This document shows, piece after piece, positions 1-14,101 of a stretch of DNA of 64,000 nt; the first letter of the stretch is position 1; every line of letters begins with the position of its first letter. Made by a program: the position numbers and the translations under genes. The notes under the pieces are model-generated. The model searched no databases, had not been told where the DNA came from, and saw only the letters and a program-made list of their open reading frames with translations. Origin of the DNA: Batkoa obscura (Eukaryota); assembly GCA_030770535.1 (NCBI GenBank), contig JASVEC010000010.1:372001-436000 (forward strand). The letters run 5' to 3'.

Positions 1-836
1 TTGGTAAATCCTGTTTATATAGAAAGAGTGATTTGGCTTGTGTTGGCAGTATGAAAGCATTTGAAAATCAATTAGCAGAAGATTTTTTTATTGCTAAAGC
101 TATTTGGGATCAAGGATTAAAAATTAAAATGCCTTATGATTTAGCTTATAATCGATTAGGATCTATTTCTACTTCGGCTTATTTTAATAGAAGATCAAGG
201 TGGTGTAGATTAAGAAAATATATTGTACCACAAGCTACTATCATTGAACCGTTTACTGAGTCCATTTTAAATGGAATGTTAGCTTCTTATGGTTTTAGCT
301 ATTTGTTAAATATTTCCATTTTTAACTTTTTTGCTTACCATTTAGTAGTATGGTTTTTATTAGATTTTCAACTAAATCAGCAACTTATTGGAAATAAGTT
401 AAATTTAAAAGAATTACAACGTTTTATGGTTATTTGGGCATTTAGAGAATTAACTGCATTACCTTTATATCTTTATTCAGTTTTAGGTTCTACATTTACA
501 TGGCGTGGTCAAACTTATCGTATTACTTCTGGTTCTTATGCTGTACCTGAAGATAATGTATCGCTCTTTCACCCTGTTTTTCATCATCCTATTTTCTTGA
601 AATTCATTGATTACTTATTTTATAGTATTGATTTTATAGCGGATATTTTAATGAAATCTCAAAGAAATGGTAATCCAGAGATGGAATTTACACCAAAGTC
701 ATCACCACAGTCCATTTCAAAACCCTTGTTAGAAACCGATGCTACTAGTTATTCTTCTTGTTCTCATAGTTCTTATCAAATGGGCTTGGATTCTGAAGAA
801 GAACTTCGAGATATTGATTTTCCTAATTCAAAATAA
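1..836 (+). CDS. HSX11: Ceramide glucosyltransferase (GT21), 3' part; 5' end lies outside the window
   Basis: AEDFFIAKA and RRSRW (R/QxxRW) motifs, EPFTES, hydrophobic segments and the WRG motif typical of glucosylceramide synthases; stop at 834-836. Confidence 0.88.
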   Translation, partial: GKSCLYRKSDLACVGSMKAFENQLAEDFFIAKAIWDQGLKIKMPYDLAYNRLGSISTSAYFNRRSRWCRLRKYIVPQATIIEPFTESILNGMLASYGFSYLLNISIFNFFAYHLVVWFLLDFQLNQQLIGNKLNLKELQRFMVIWAFRELTALPLYLYSVLGSTFTWRGQTYRITSGSYAVPEDNVSLFHPVFHHPIFLKFIDYLFYSIDFIADILMKSQRNGNPEMEFTPKSSPQSISKPLLETDATSYSSCSHSSYQMGLDSEEELRDIDFPNSK

Positions 837-1000
837 GCTTGATTATTTATTAAATTTTACAGTGTAAATTAAAATCAAATCTATTATTATAAGATCATTT
901 TTTTGGCTATTATTATAATAAAAATAACTCTTATTACATATAAAGATAATGTATATATAATTTACCATTGTACTAATCTAATAATTTAATTTAATTTAAT

Positions 1001-1098
1001 GGGACTGTTTTTTTTTAATTTCATTATTTTTCCATTTTTTAAGCGCTATTTAAGTGGAAAGATTACAGTAAAATTCTTAAACAAAAAAATACATCCCC
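1001..1098. mobile_element. ~97-bp MITE copy
   Basis: GGGA...CATCCCC termini, shared internal core (TAAGCGCTATTT...AAATTCTTAAAC), TAAT/TAAT duplication. Confidence 0.9.
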
Positions 1099-1356
1099 TA
1101 ATTATAATTATCCCAAAAGAAATTATTTAAAATCTTTCTAATTGGATTTATTTATACTACCAAATACTTTGAATTATACTATAAAGAAATATTCAGTCTA
1201 TTCCACATTAATGTCTTATTTTTCCACCATTTCGGTCAACGAATTTGATGATTAATATGAGATAGATCGAATATCTAACCCTTATACTAGAGATAATATC
1301 CTAAATTTAGTATAAAAAGCAATATTAACCTTATATTCCTATCCAAATCAAAACAT

Positions 1357-1449
1357 AGGGATGTTTTTCGGCTTCATCACTTTTTCTATTTTTAAGCACT
1401 ATTTGAATAAAAGATTGTTAGTAGAATTCTTAAACATAAATACATCCAC
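1357..1449. mobile_element. ~97-bp MITE copy (diverged)
   Basis: Matches family core; termini decayed. Confidence 0.8.
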
Positions 1450-1861
1450 ATATCCTCTCTTATCTTCTTAAAATGCACTGTAATTTTTTGTTTTTCTTTA
1501 ATGAAATATCTCAAATTTATCACTATTAAGATGAAATCAAATATGAAAATAAGGCAGATTTCAAGTCATTCAATCTCATTGGTTTATAGTAAACTATAGC
1601 AGTTTAAATAAGTTAAGATTTATAAGAATATTTTGAAAAAGTTATTAAATAGTATTTAGGCTAAATATAGCATATTGAAATCATTAAATAGAGAGGATCA
1701 TGTTGTTAGATAGAGTCCAGATTTTAAATATTAAATGATAAGAAATTTAATCCTTTGAACTTTTCAAAATGCTTACTAACTGTTTATTTGAGTCTAATAG
1801 AACAATGTCTTTATGGATTTAAGTTCACTTAACTTTTCAAAAAATGATAAATGATTAGTAT

Positions 1862-1950
1862 AGGTATGCTTTTTTCCATTTCTTTTTCTCTTTTTTAAAC
1901 GCTATTTAGTAAAATAACTGTTAGTAAAATTATTAGCAAAAAAATACATA
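1862..1950. mobile_element. ~97-bp MITE copy (degenerate)
   Basis: Partial match to core (TAAACGCTATTT...TTAGTAAAATT...AAAAATACAT). Confidence 0.6.
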
Positions 1951-2144
1951 TTTTATTACTAACTTTATTAATATAAAAAAGCTTATCGAATAAAATAACT
2001 TACATTATTTAAAAGATCAATTTTGATAGGTTGCCTTGTTGCTATAAATACTTTACTAGTATAAAAATAAATTATGCTAATATTAAAAATAATTAATTTC
2101 ATAAATATATTATTGAATCATTTCTTTATTGGGATTTACTATAT

Positions 2145-2237
2145 GGGAATGTATTTTTTTGTAAGAATTTTACTAACGATCTTTTCACTTAAATAGTGCT
2201 TAAAAAATGAAAAAGTAATGAAATAAAAAACATTCCC
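2145..2237. mobile_element. ~97-bp MITE copy, opposite orientation
   Basis: GGGAATG...CATTCCC, ATAT/ATAT duplication. Confidence 0.9.
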
Positions 2238-2319
2238 ATATTGTATTTAGCTCCACTTTATTTTAACACAAACAAAATAAAATCAATTGGCTTCAAATAT
2301 ACGACAAACATGTTATTAA

Positions 2320-2920
2320 TAATCATAACTTATTATTGTTCAATTCATCAACCAATGGTGATAAAGTTCCCTTTGATATAAAAATAGATGGTATGATATA
2401 TCCATGTTGAGTAGGTGATCAAGGTCTTTGATCTGGTTTATCGAAGCCATTAGCCGGTTGTTCGGGTTTTAGAAAGACTATTTCAAATTGTATTACAGGT
2501 TTTAATGGAAATTGAAGTGACAGAATCGATTTTGGTGAATCTTGGGGTAGTAGTTTCCAATTATTATTATAAAAGAACCTAATAAAAAAATTAGTCAAGA
2601 GATAGGAATTGATTTCTATGGTAAAAAGGTTAGACAAAACAACTAATTGTTACGCAGAATCTAGTGGAGATGTTCGAATTTGGATAGAATAAAAGACAAT
2701 TTGGTTGAATGTTCAATGTTTCTATTATGTTACTCCATCTAGGAAAATTATCTTAGATGAGAGTTGATACTCCAATTAATAATAGTTTAGAAATTGGTTG
2801 TGGATTAAATGAGGATAGAGATGGGAATGATGATACAAAAGTTTAGATAGATAAAGGGATTAGTAGTAGATCAATAGATGATCAAAATTCGGATGGTATT
2901 ATTGTTGAAAAGCCATTAGC
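2320..2920 (-). pseudogene. Possible decayed coding relic of unknown origin
   Basis: Coding-like minus-strand frame (MAFQQ*YHPNFDHLL...; ...KLLPQDSPKSILSLQFPLKP...) broken by several in-frame stops. Confidence 0.3.
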
Positions 2921-3088
2921 TAGTAGTTATAATGTAATAATGACTGTATGATTTTATTAAAAAACAAAAATAAAATCCATTTATTTGTTAATTTTAAACT
3001 TAATTTTAAACCTTAAGGAAGTTTTTGTTTTTATTTTTTATTTTTTATTTTATCAAACAAATAAGAATATATAACATTTTATTATTAA

Positions 3089-4599
3089 TTAATCTAATAA
3101 TTTAGTCCAATCATAATTTTCCCAAGGGAATTTTTTGTTAAATTTATCTACTCTTGACTTGTTTTCGTTACTATCTTGATACTTTGGTTTACGCCATAAA
3201 CTTATATCTAAATCTAACATACCAGCAATAATTTCCTAAATAAAACATATATTATTAATCTTATAACCTTGTATACAAACAAACATTCTCTTACCTTTCC
3301 AAAATAACTTTTGAATTTTTCACTTTCTTCAATAATATGTCCTAAACCACCATCTGGATGAAACCAAACATGAAAATAAGGTAGATTGGATGTCATTGAT
3401 TTTCTAAATGTTCTTTCTTTAGTATTTATAATCTTCTTATGTTGTGACCATTCATCTGCTATATCAATTAATCCCTCTTTAAAATAAGCAGTTGCATCTT
3501 GTGATAAATCCCATGGTAAAGGTATACATTCAATTACAGTATGTTTAAAATGGTTTAAATTCATTACAGTTTCCATAAAGATTACTCCTTTTTCTAAAGT
3601 AGCAAACATACGCATTAGACTTTTCATGAAGTTCTATTTGATAATCATTAGTTAATATTTTTTGCTTCTTTTTAAATTAATAATTAACATAAACTTACTC
3701 GAATTTCGTTCCAAGTAGCATCATCACAATCTAAACTTGATTTACAATGATCCCCAGGTATAATTAGACAATGGCCTGATACTAAATCTGTAACTGTAGG
3801 TAATGCAAGATATGCGTTTTGACCCATAGAAATAATTGGAGCTATTGGGGCTTGTCCATTTTTAAAACAAAATTGACATTTATCTAAAGCTTCTTGATTT
3901 TTTTTATAATCTATAATAAAACTAAATGATAAATCCTTTTATCTATAGAGTGAGTAACTTACTTTTATAGTCAATATCTTTTTTATTATTTCTATTATCT
4001 TTTGAAGCAAAATGTTCTGCTCTTTCTTCAATATACTCTAAATCATCTTTATATCCACCATCTCTACATATTTTATTTACCATATGTTTAACTTGATCTC
4101 CGGATTTACTGTTTTTTTCTTCTCTTAATAATTCCATAATATCTTTATCTTCTTCTTTTTCTGACTAGTTGTTATGAAAACAAATAAACAAATGAAAATT
4201 TTAATTTTATAATTATATGAATGTAATTTACCTTTCTTTTTAATTTATTTGATTTATTTTCTGCATGTGTAAATCGATTACCAAAATTATGACTTACAAA
4301 TTGTCGTTTTTTTTCCTTTTATACATTAATAAAACCAATGACGGCTGTTTGATATAACTATTTACCTGTTTATCCATCTCTTGTCTATCCATTTCTAGTT
4401 CTAGACTTAAGTCATCGTATTCTTTTTGTAATTTAGCAACTGAGTTTGATTTCAACATTTTAGCTTTTAGTAATTTAGCCTTTAATTTATTTAATTGATT
4501 GGTTATATCAGCTACTCTACTACTTTCATTTCGTACATTTTCAATAGTAAGTATAGGTGATGGTGATCGACTTTCAACAACTTCAAGGGCGTTATTCAT
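3089..4599 (-). CDS. CWF19: CWF19-like protein 2 (CwfJ C-terminal domains; splicing factor), multi-exon; start uncertain
   Basis: CQFCF, GHCLIIP, HTVIECIPLP, WSQHKK, LPYFHVWF, GGLGHIIE, YDWTKLL motifs across GT-AG spliced exons. Confidence 0.88.
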
Positions 4600-4720
4600 C
4601 TTTGTATTATTTTGGTTTTTAGTGAATCTTTAAAATAAAATGTAAAAAAATAAATTTTTTGAATATTCGAAAACTAAAAACTTAGTTTTTTATTCTCTTT
4701 TATCAAACTAAAAAAGAATA

Positions 4721-5676
4721 ATGACTAGTGAACCTAGCGAGCATATAGATACAGTGGAAATCCAGTATGATTTAAGCAAATATGAAAAAAAAATAGAATC
4801 TTGGAATCAAAATATCACTAGTCCAGTCGAAAGATATTTTAATATTTATGAAGCAAGTAAGTTAACTATGTTTTATTGAACCCATCCTGATCTTTTATTT
4901 ACATAATAGAAGCTAAACCTAACTCTCAATTTTCAAATCAAATGATCTATCAATCACCTAGTAGGTAATATAAAAAACGACGTTTTTATTGCTAATATTT
5001 ACTTAACACATAATATATAAATAGTATTAGTTTAATCATGTTGCATGAAACCCATCCTTTTCTCTCCTTAAAATCACAATTATCATTCATAAAATCCATC
5101 GAATTAGATATCAACAAAAACATCTTAGATAATCCAGCTGTAGGAAAAAGAAAAAAAGGAGCTTATAAACTAGAACCAGATACTACATTAGCTACTATTC
5201 AAGTGAAATTGGAAAAAGAAGGGAAGATAGAGGAATTAAATTTCCCAATTGGAGCTAATTTATATGGTACTATTATTGAAATTAATAAAAAAATAATAGA
5301 TAAACCAGAATTGTTGTTTGATAAGGTAAGTTTATTTAATGATTTATAATATTAATATATATTAATATTTTACTATTAGTATAATACGGAAGCTTATATT
5401 GCCATCATCTTACCTACCTTAGCAAAAAGTCCAATAAATGATCCCCCTGTGGAAATGGTTGGAAAAAACCGAAAAGAAAAAGAAAAAGATGAAGAAGATA
5501 CTAATGATAATAATAATTTAATAGAAACTAAAAGTAGTAAATTAAGTAAATATGATAAAAGAAGAGTGAAATATAATCAACAATTAATTAAAGATGCTGA
5601 AAATATTAATCATCCTTTAATTACGTTGAAGATTCCAATATTCATCTTTGAGGGACAGAGTTTGGATGAGGAATAA
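4721..5676 (+). CDS. ABITRAM: Abitram/FAM206A (Simiate)-like protein, multi-exon
   Basis: VERYF, LHETHP, GKRKKGA, GTIIEIN...KPELL, TEAYIAIILP match the FAM206A/GcvH-like pattern. Confidence 0.75.
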
Positions 5677-5855
5677 ATATATTAGAAAAATGCGTAGTAA
5701 GCCTTAGATAGTAATGAAGTGCAAACAAGTTAAGACTTATTTTTTTAAAATAAATAAACAAATGTTATTGTTTTATTTCTTACAAATATACATAATACAC
5801 TATTAATGTATAATTGAAATTTGGCTTCTAAAAAACTTTTATTTTAAAAACATAA

Positions 5856-8800
5856 CTATTTAAATTGATAACAAAGGGCACAATCATCCTTTATAGAATA
5901 TAACCAAGCCATAGAATAAGTATCATTATCTACACATGTATTATAAGATAATAAGGTACTTCTAGCCAATTGTACTTGGGCTCTTTGATTTGATGGTAAC
6001 GTATTTAACACTAAGATAACAATAATGAATTAAAGCAATTTATATAAATAATAACAAATAACGTTGATTTAATTTAAACTTACTTTTTTTAAAACTATCT
6101 TCATCTTGCAATGAACATTCTAGTATTTTTCTTAATCCTTCTCTTGATAATTCCATAACTAAAACTGGAGTACCAGATTTAAACGCGTTTTTACCAATTT
6201 TCAATACCGCTTCTAAAGCTAATCAATTCACACATTAACACACTTATAAAAAAATATAATGACAATTAGTTTTCTTATTTAGCTTACCTCTATCAAATAA
6301 TTGTCTTTTTCTTTTTGGATTCACTTTATTAGGTGCTGTATTAATTAAATTTAAGTTAAAGGTGGGTAATATATCTTCGTCAATCATGCAACTTGAACTT
6401 GAGTTGATATTTAAATCGGATAAGCCTGATGATAATCCTAAATAAAATTGCCCTTATTATTATTTATTATTGGTTTTAGATATTCAACTTTACCTTCATC
6501 ATCTAACAAATATTTATTCCCAAATTCCATTTTTCTTCTTGTCGTAATACCTGCCGCTTGTAAATCCAATCGATGGTTTTCAGCAATTTCATTAGCTAAA
6601 TAATTTGCCAATTCCGCCAATGGAACTAATGAAAAAATCAATCAGTCATCCATAACTCACATAAATAGTAATAATTCTTTACCTTCCACTTCCGATTTCA
6701 AATTAATATTTCTTACTTTAACTGAATGTTCATCTTTTTTAGTAGATTTAACAAATACAATCCAGTTCACCCCTAATATTTTATTATTTTGTAAATACAA
6801 ATCTAAATTGAATTCGGCTTCTTCTTCTCGTCGATAATCACATCGTATTTGATGATTCCATAATTCTCGTGCTATATCTAATCTTTCTTCATATAATCCT
6901 TTACCAAATGATGTTATATAAACATCCAACTAAAATATTAATTAATTGGATATTAATCTTAATATATTTAAATAACAATTTACAATTTTTGGTATCCAAA
7001 TATTCGTATTACGATCTTCATCCCCTTTTTTACTATTGTTTTTTTGAGTTTCATATTGAGACAATAATAAGGTAAGTTTTTGTAAAGCAATAGAAACTCC
7101 TACCCCATATTTCAATGGAATAGTCGATGCTAGTGGACTTCTATACCTACTTAGAAGGGAATCATATCTCCCACCGACTGCCAAAATATCCCCTTTTTTA
7201 CCATCTCTAATCATCCGAAACATAATACCGCTTTCGTAGTATTGTAAATTATACATATTAAAGGAATTAAAGATAATTTTTCGATTAATTCCTAATTTTT
7301 TACAATAATAGACTACTTTTTTTAAATGCTCAAATAATTTGTCAATTGTTGCTTTATATCCTTTTAATAAACTCATTTTACGTAATTTGTTATGACATAA
7401 ATCTAAATCTCCAGTTGCATATAATAATAATAATTCTTCTACCATAGCTTTAGACAAATGACATCGACTTAATAACGATCTCACTTGTAATAGTGTTTTT
7501 GGGGCTTCTAATTGAGATAAAATAACAGCCACATTAGCTCTTTTTTGTTTAGGTACTTTGCAAGCATCCATTATAATTGTAGCTAGTAATCCATGGTTAA
7601 TTTGAAAATAGCAATCTGTTACCATACTAATTGGTAAAGAATCCATAATTTCATCTACTATCTTCATGACTTCAGATTCAGAAACAATATCTTCTTTATT
7701 AGTTGTTATAATATCAAAATCTGCTTCTTGGACTTCAATTAAACTATCATCTTCCATATTCTGTCGATAAACTCGATCAAATGTAAATCTTTTTAAGGCT
7801 AGAATGTTGCTACGGGACATAAATCTTACAAATGGAAGGGTAAGATCATAAGGCATTTGAACAATATTACCTGAGGGATCTAATAGATAAGCCGGCTTTT
7901 GGAATTCAGAAAATTTTTCTGATTTTGGTATCAATAGTGGGGCTATAAATTCTACTGCTCCATGTCGCTTAAATACAACAGTTAATAATGAACGTATAAA
8001 TTCAGAATAAACAGCAGCTGGCAATTCCCCACTATTTTTAGTTTTATGATCGTAAACTAAATCTTTATGACGATCGATTGGTTGGGAAAATAAAGTATTC
8101 ATTAATTTTCCATAATGTGGAGTAGTTGGATTAGCTATTGTTCTTATACATTCCTGAATATATTCGTCTTCTATACGTGTTGGTAATAAATTACTTTGTA
8201 ATAATTCTAATGCTGTTGGTCTTTCTTTTTCATTATGGTTTAATAAACTTTGTATGATTTTAGCTTGTACTTTTAAATTAGATGGAAAGTTTTGTGGAAA
8301 TAAAATCGTTGGTAATCTTAAATCTCTTAATATCATAGCCCTTTCCATCCCCGTAGAAAATGGATAAATCATTTCAAAAAATATGATACCTAAAGAATAC
8401 ATATCTACTTTTTGATTATATCTTGCTGTTTTTGATACAACTTCAGGCGACATATAAAAGGAAGTACCAACTTCAGATGTCATAGATCCATTATAAATTT
8501 CATAACTAATCCTTCTAGATCCGACACCTTCCGACATACTATTACTTGAAGTTGCTAATCCAAAATCACCAATTTTAACATCCCCATTAGCAGCCAAAAA
8601 TAAATTACTTGGTTTGAGGTCTCGATGAATCATACCTTGGCTATGCAAGTGATCTAATCCTTCCAATATTTGTCTTAATATTCTCCAACATTCATCAATA
8701 CTAATAGACTCATCGATTACATCTCTTAATGTATTTTTATCACAATATTCCATTTGAATGTATAAACATCTATATGATAATCCACTACTTTGACTATTTG

Positions 8801-11800
8801 ATTCAGAATCATAATATGAATTATCATCATATGATTCAGTATGCCCACTTTGACTTCTTTTAAATCTTATTGGCATTGATTTTTTTATACTAAAACTAGT
8901 CGACTTTTCTGTATATAAAAAATCACCTTCCACGCCATCCATATCACTAACTTCACTATCACTTTCTTCGCTGTCTGAATTATCTTCTGACGTATCTTCA
9001 TCCCATGCTCCATTACCGTCTATAATGATTTATCAATAATTTATTTTGTTTATTAAAAATATAAACTTACTTTCTAACCAAGCAGTATAATATCTAACAA
9101 TATATTGATGGTGTAATCTAGACAAGGCAGATACCTCTCTTAATATTTTTCTACTGTTTTCTGTATCTTTTGTATCTAATTTCACTTTTTTTATCTAAAT
9201 AAATTTTAGTGCTATGTTCATAAATTAAATTAACTAATTAATTTACAGCATAAATCCTGGATAAATAAATTAGTAATTTATATAATAATTTAAATTATAA
9301 CTTAAATTACCTTCCATCAAGTTTATTTCTTGCTTTAACAACTTCGCCAAAACCACCTAATAAATGAACAAAGATTAATTATATTATTAATATTGTCAAT
9401 ATTATTATAATTACCTCTACCCAAAAATTGTAGTTCTTCAAAATCATTTTCATATCTTGATATTGATTTTGTTAAATTTTGAGCTTGTTCCATCATTGAT
9501 TTATATTGAAAAGAATTACTTGGATTAGATTCTGGTGAACTAGCCATCATCATTTGTTGCGTTTTATTAGATCCGCTTGAATTGGGATTGTTCAAATGTT
9601 CTGTTAATATGGAATATAAAATTAATTGAATTATAATATTACTTAATAATGATGCTTAAATTACCTGAAAATGATACCATAACAGTTTCATTTTTTAAAA
9701 ATGGATGAGTTAATATTTTATTTAATTTAGGTCGATCTCTTGCATCTCTTTTTTAAAATGCAATTAGATTACAAGCAATTAAAGATTAAAAAACAAATAA
9801 CTTACATTTGAAGCATTGAATTAATTAAATCACGCGCATGAATATCAAAATGGCCAAAAGCTAATATATTTCATTAGATTTTCTATTATAAAGTAAACGG
9901 CCTTACAAGTTTCTAATAAATCTGTTAGTGAAGTATAAGAATCGAGTATTTTTGGACCAAGTAACATTTCAACTAATACGATTCCTAAATCCCAAATATC
10001 TCCTTGACTTTTATCATGTTAGTCATCATTGAACTAAATTTTTTAAAATTGAAATTTACCTATCAAGTTCCGTTTCACATCTAGATTCAGGAGGTGCCCT
10101 ATTTTAATCAATACTGATTTCTTTTATAAAAAATGATAATAAATTACCATTTTGAATCATTTGCAAAACATCCCTCGTTAAGATCTAATTAAATACAATT
10201 TAATAAAGTAATATTCATTATCACTATTATTATATTTACTTGTAGAATATTGTAAATAATTTCTAGAAATTAATTTAACAGAAGAATAAACTTGATCAAA
10301 ATAGGATTCCATATTTGAATTTTCAATAGTTTCTTCTTCACAATCTAATATAATTTTATCGGTACGAATATCTAAAAAATCGTCATTGATAAAAACTACT
10401 ATTTTAATCTCATAAGAGTTCTCTTACAATTATAATTAATGTTATTTAGATGTAAAACTTGTACCGCTTTAATTAACTCTTTAAAATAGACTCTAGCTAA
10501 ACTGATACTCAAAGGTCCACACTTTTTTAATGAATTTTTTAAACTGGAAGATAATAATCGAGTTTCTTGTAATATTAATAACTTCCAAGAGATGTTATTC
10601 AAATCTAAATCATCCACCTTAAATTCATAAATCATTAAGATACCTGGATGACGTATATTTTTTAACTTTTCTAAAGTATCTTCAATTTTTCGTAGCTATT
10701 TAAAACTTAAGTTAATAAGATGTATATTAATATCAACTTATAAAATTACATCTTCAATCGCTTGAATCTTGTTTTCTGTTTGTGGAAATAAGATAATTTC
10801 TTCAATTAATAAAGGTGGTGTTGTTGTATCCCCATTTGTTATTGGATTATATGGTAATGCAAAATACGTTTTACAATATTTATCTTTCTTCTTTTAGAAT
10901 TTAAGTAAATTACAAACTATACTAAAAGTTACCTTTGGATATACAAGGTCCCAAAGTTACAGCTAAGAAAGTCAATGGCTATATAATTTATCTTTCAAAA
11001 AAAGAGTATACTAATATAAATCCTAATTACCTGTGAATGGGAAGAGTTAAAATAAATATTAATTGGACGATCAAATTCAATTAGCGAACCTAAGTTATAT
11101 TCTGTTTTGATTAATTTCCTTTTCAATCTTTCTTCTTGCAATTTTTGTTCTTTTTTAAATAACTCCGCTTCAAGTGCTTTAGATAATGTTTCTTTTTCTT
11201 TTTCTTCTTTTTCTTTTTCTAATTGTAATATTCTTTCATATTCTTTTTGGGCTTTTTCTTCTTCTTCCTAATATTGGGTCTATAAATCTAATTCGAAATT
11301 AATTAAAAATAAAATCTCTTACTTTAATCGATTTCTCTTGTCTTTCAATCATCTGTTGATGAAATGAACTAGTTTTATCATCTACATGGTTATTGGTAAT
11401 GTATTCCAAAACCAAATCACATAGATCAAATACCATTTCGGAACCCAATAATTCTTGAGTTTTATTTTTGATCGTTTTTTTAAGCTCATTATATTGGCTT
11501 TCTGATAACCCTTTTGGGGATTCTAAAAATATTTCTGGAGCTATTACTGGATAAGCTGGTGGGAACCTGAAATATTCAATTACTCTATTTTATTTTATTT
11601 TGAATAATGATGTCCGAATTACTTGATATTTACATAGATCTCCACATTATCTCGTATACTTTCATCCATCGGTTTGATTTTGATCTTAAATTCTTTATAT
11701 TTTTTTGATACCTAATAACATTTCAGTTATTATATTAAACCATTTATCTAAATCTTCATTTTACCTTCCAAGATCGAACATTCGATTCGATAATTTCAAA

Positions 11801-11919
11801 ATCATCCTACAATAATTATATAAAACCTATTAACAAATAGAATATAAATTTACCATATAAATCGCTTTTAAAGCTTCAATTTCATTTTCTTGAATTTCAT
11901 TACAATTCATATCTTTCAT
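5856..11919 (-). CDS. GCN2: eIF2-alpha kinase GCN2 (RWD, pseudokinase, kinase, HisRS-like and C-terminal domains), many introns
   Basis: N-terminal QENEIEALKAIY (RWD); SRYENDFEE; LYIQMEYC, HRDLKPSN, DFGLA, GTSFYMSPE; AVGGRYD HisRS-like motif. Confidence 0.96.
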
Positions 11920-12756
11920 CTTTAACTAAGCTTTTCGAGAAAAAGCTCAATTAAAAAATGAACTTTTTCGGAATTTATTTATTTTTTATTTTATCATAGT
12001 TAAAAACTTGATGAGTAAATCTGAGGGGAAGTGACTAGACTATTCGTTAATTTATGCTCAGGATTTGTTGAGTTCTAAAAATTAGCAGACGGAAGTTAGG
12101 AATTTGTTGGATTAAAATTCAAGTTTAGTTTGAAATATATTCTGATGATTGAACTTGACATTACATTAAAAATTTATATATTTGTTAAATAGGCAAAATA
12201 GTTATAAAGGTAGCCGGTATTATTATTAAAAGTATTAAAAAACTGGATACTGTGAAGCAAAATTGGATTCTATTACACTAAACTTTTATATTTCTTTTTT
12301 AGATTCTTATCAATGTAAACACTGAATATCCATGGATTTTTCTTAATAGAATATGTTTTTATATATGATTATCAGAATCCATTAACAAACTTACTAACTT
12401 GGCAACTTTAATATTCCTTTGAGGTTTCGTAGAGAAAAGTATATTTTATTTATAGATTCTAATATTATATTTCAGGAGGCATCTATATATATTTTTAATA
12501 GTTGAATCTTCCTAGCTATAAACTCCTCATTATTTTAAAATAATACCAACTCCCTCTACTAAGATTATTTATCATAAAAGGAATAGATAAATATCTTTTC
12601 AATATCTTTTGATAGTAATCTTTTTCTCAATTTTAATTGAATTTTACTTACCATATTTAGAATTCTTAATTTTTAATGAAGTTAAAAATTTTAATATCTT
12701 GATTTTATTAGATTAAATGTCATTGCAAAATTATTTTAAATAATAATGAAATAAAG

Positions 12757-13429
12757 TTAATAATAGTTATTATTTACAAAACTATAATAATATGTTATAT
12801 AATCAACTAGGGGATTGATAAGCAGGTGGTGAGTCGAAAGCTTGATTATAAAGTGGTGGAGGTAGGACATAAATCTCTCTTTCTGTTTGAGGTCGAGAGT
12901 CTGCCTGCTCATTTGTTGTTTGATCTCTTGCTCCTATAGATTTTTCAAAATGAGCGACTGTAAGCTTATTTAGCTTTATATAACTTTGTTTACTATGGAC
13001 GGATTTTAGATAATGGGCTAAAAACTAAATTTTTATCAATTAAAGATAAAAAATAAGAAATAAAAGACTCACATAAAGTTGAATACCAAAACTAAGTATA
13101 AATAATGCAGTAATAGCTAATAGGCAAGAAAGTAAATACTCTCTGCTTCCAAGTATTGCTATAAATCCGAATAATCCACCAAATGATATAGGTAAAACTA
13201 AAAACATTCGAAAGCAATAAGTATTTATTATTGTTCTTTTCAATTCTTTTTTTAGATTGATATCACCATATACCATTACTTTGTAGCATACCTCGTCAAG
13301 ATTACATTTAAAAGTGTACTCTGATCTTAATTTGAGCCCTTTTAATGGATGAGTAGTTGAATTAATAGGCTCTGACAGTGAGCTATTATGAGTGATTGTA
13401 GATAACCCAACAACGCTCTCTAGGCTCAT
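12757..13429 (-). CDS. Two-TM protein with C-terminal PY motifs, tandem family copy A (2 exons)
   Basis: Exon 1 in ORF 13040..13429, GTGAGT donor, exon 2 FLAHYLKSVH...LPPPLY...SPPAY; paralogous to 14102..14735 and 18248..18878. Confidence 0.75.
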
Positions 13430-14101
13430 AATCTGAGTGCAAATGTTCGTTAATTTTCTCTAGTAATTCAAATGAAACTAACTATTATTTTTTTTATTTA
13501 AATTGTCTGAATTCAACCGAATAAATTTAAGTTTTATAATAATCCTTCTATGTACCTCTTTATTTTTCTATTTTACTTAATTCTATACCAATAAAGAACC
13601 ATTTCGCCGCCAGTTAGGAATTCAATTAGCTGTTGTGTACATGGGGCAACGAATCAAGAGCATAACAAAAAACATGTCCTTGTAAAAATAAAATAAAGTT
13701 AGTATTTAAGTTATAGCTATTGAAAATGACAATAGTTTTGAATTATACAGAAAACTACTTTTATTAAGGAAAACATAAGTATGATAACTTTATAATTGAA
13801 CCTACTTATTTTGAAGGCCATTTTATTTGAAAATTTAAAATACAAAGTTAAACTTTGGTTACAATCAGTATCGTTTCAGCTCTTTAAATTATGATATAGG
13901 TATTGAATTATTTTAATCTTACATTAAAAACAATATTACTGATTATATTCAAAACTTTAATTAAAGCGAATGTTATTTTATTTTGTTTATATACGCTAAT
14001 AAGTTAAATGATAACCCATTTCAGGGCAAACTACTGTTAATTACTTTTAGAAAAAAGTATCTATGAGTAAAAACACTAACAAAGCAAAATACAATTTCAT
14101 T

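Noticed and set aside
2419..2421. In-frame UGA as selenocysteine
   Set aside because: The same relic has several TAA/TAG stops, no redox motif and no recognisable SECIS; decay is the simpler explanation
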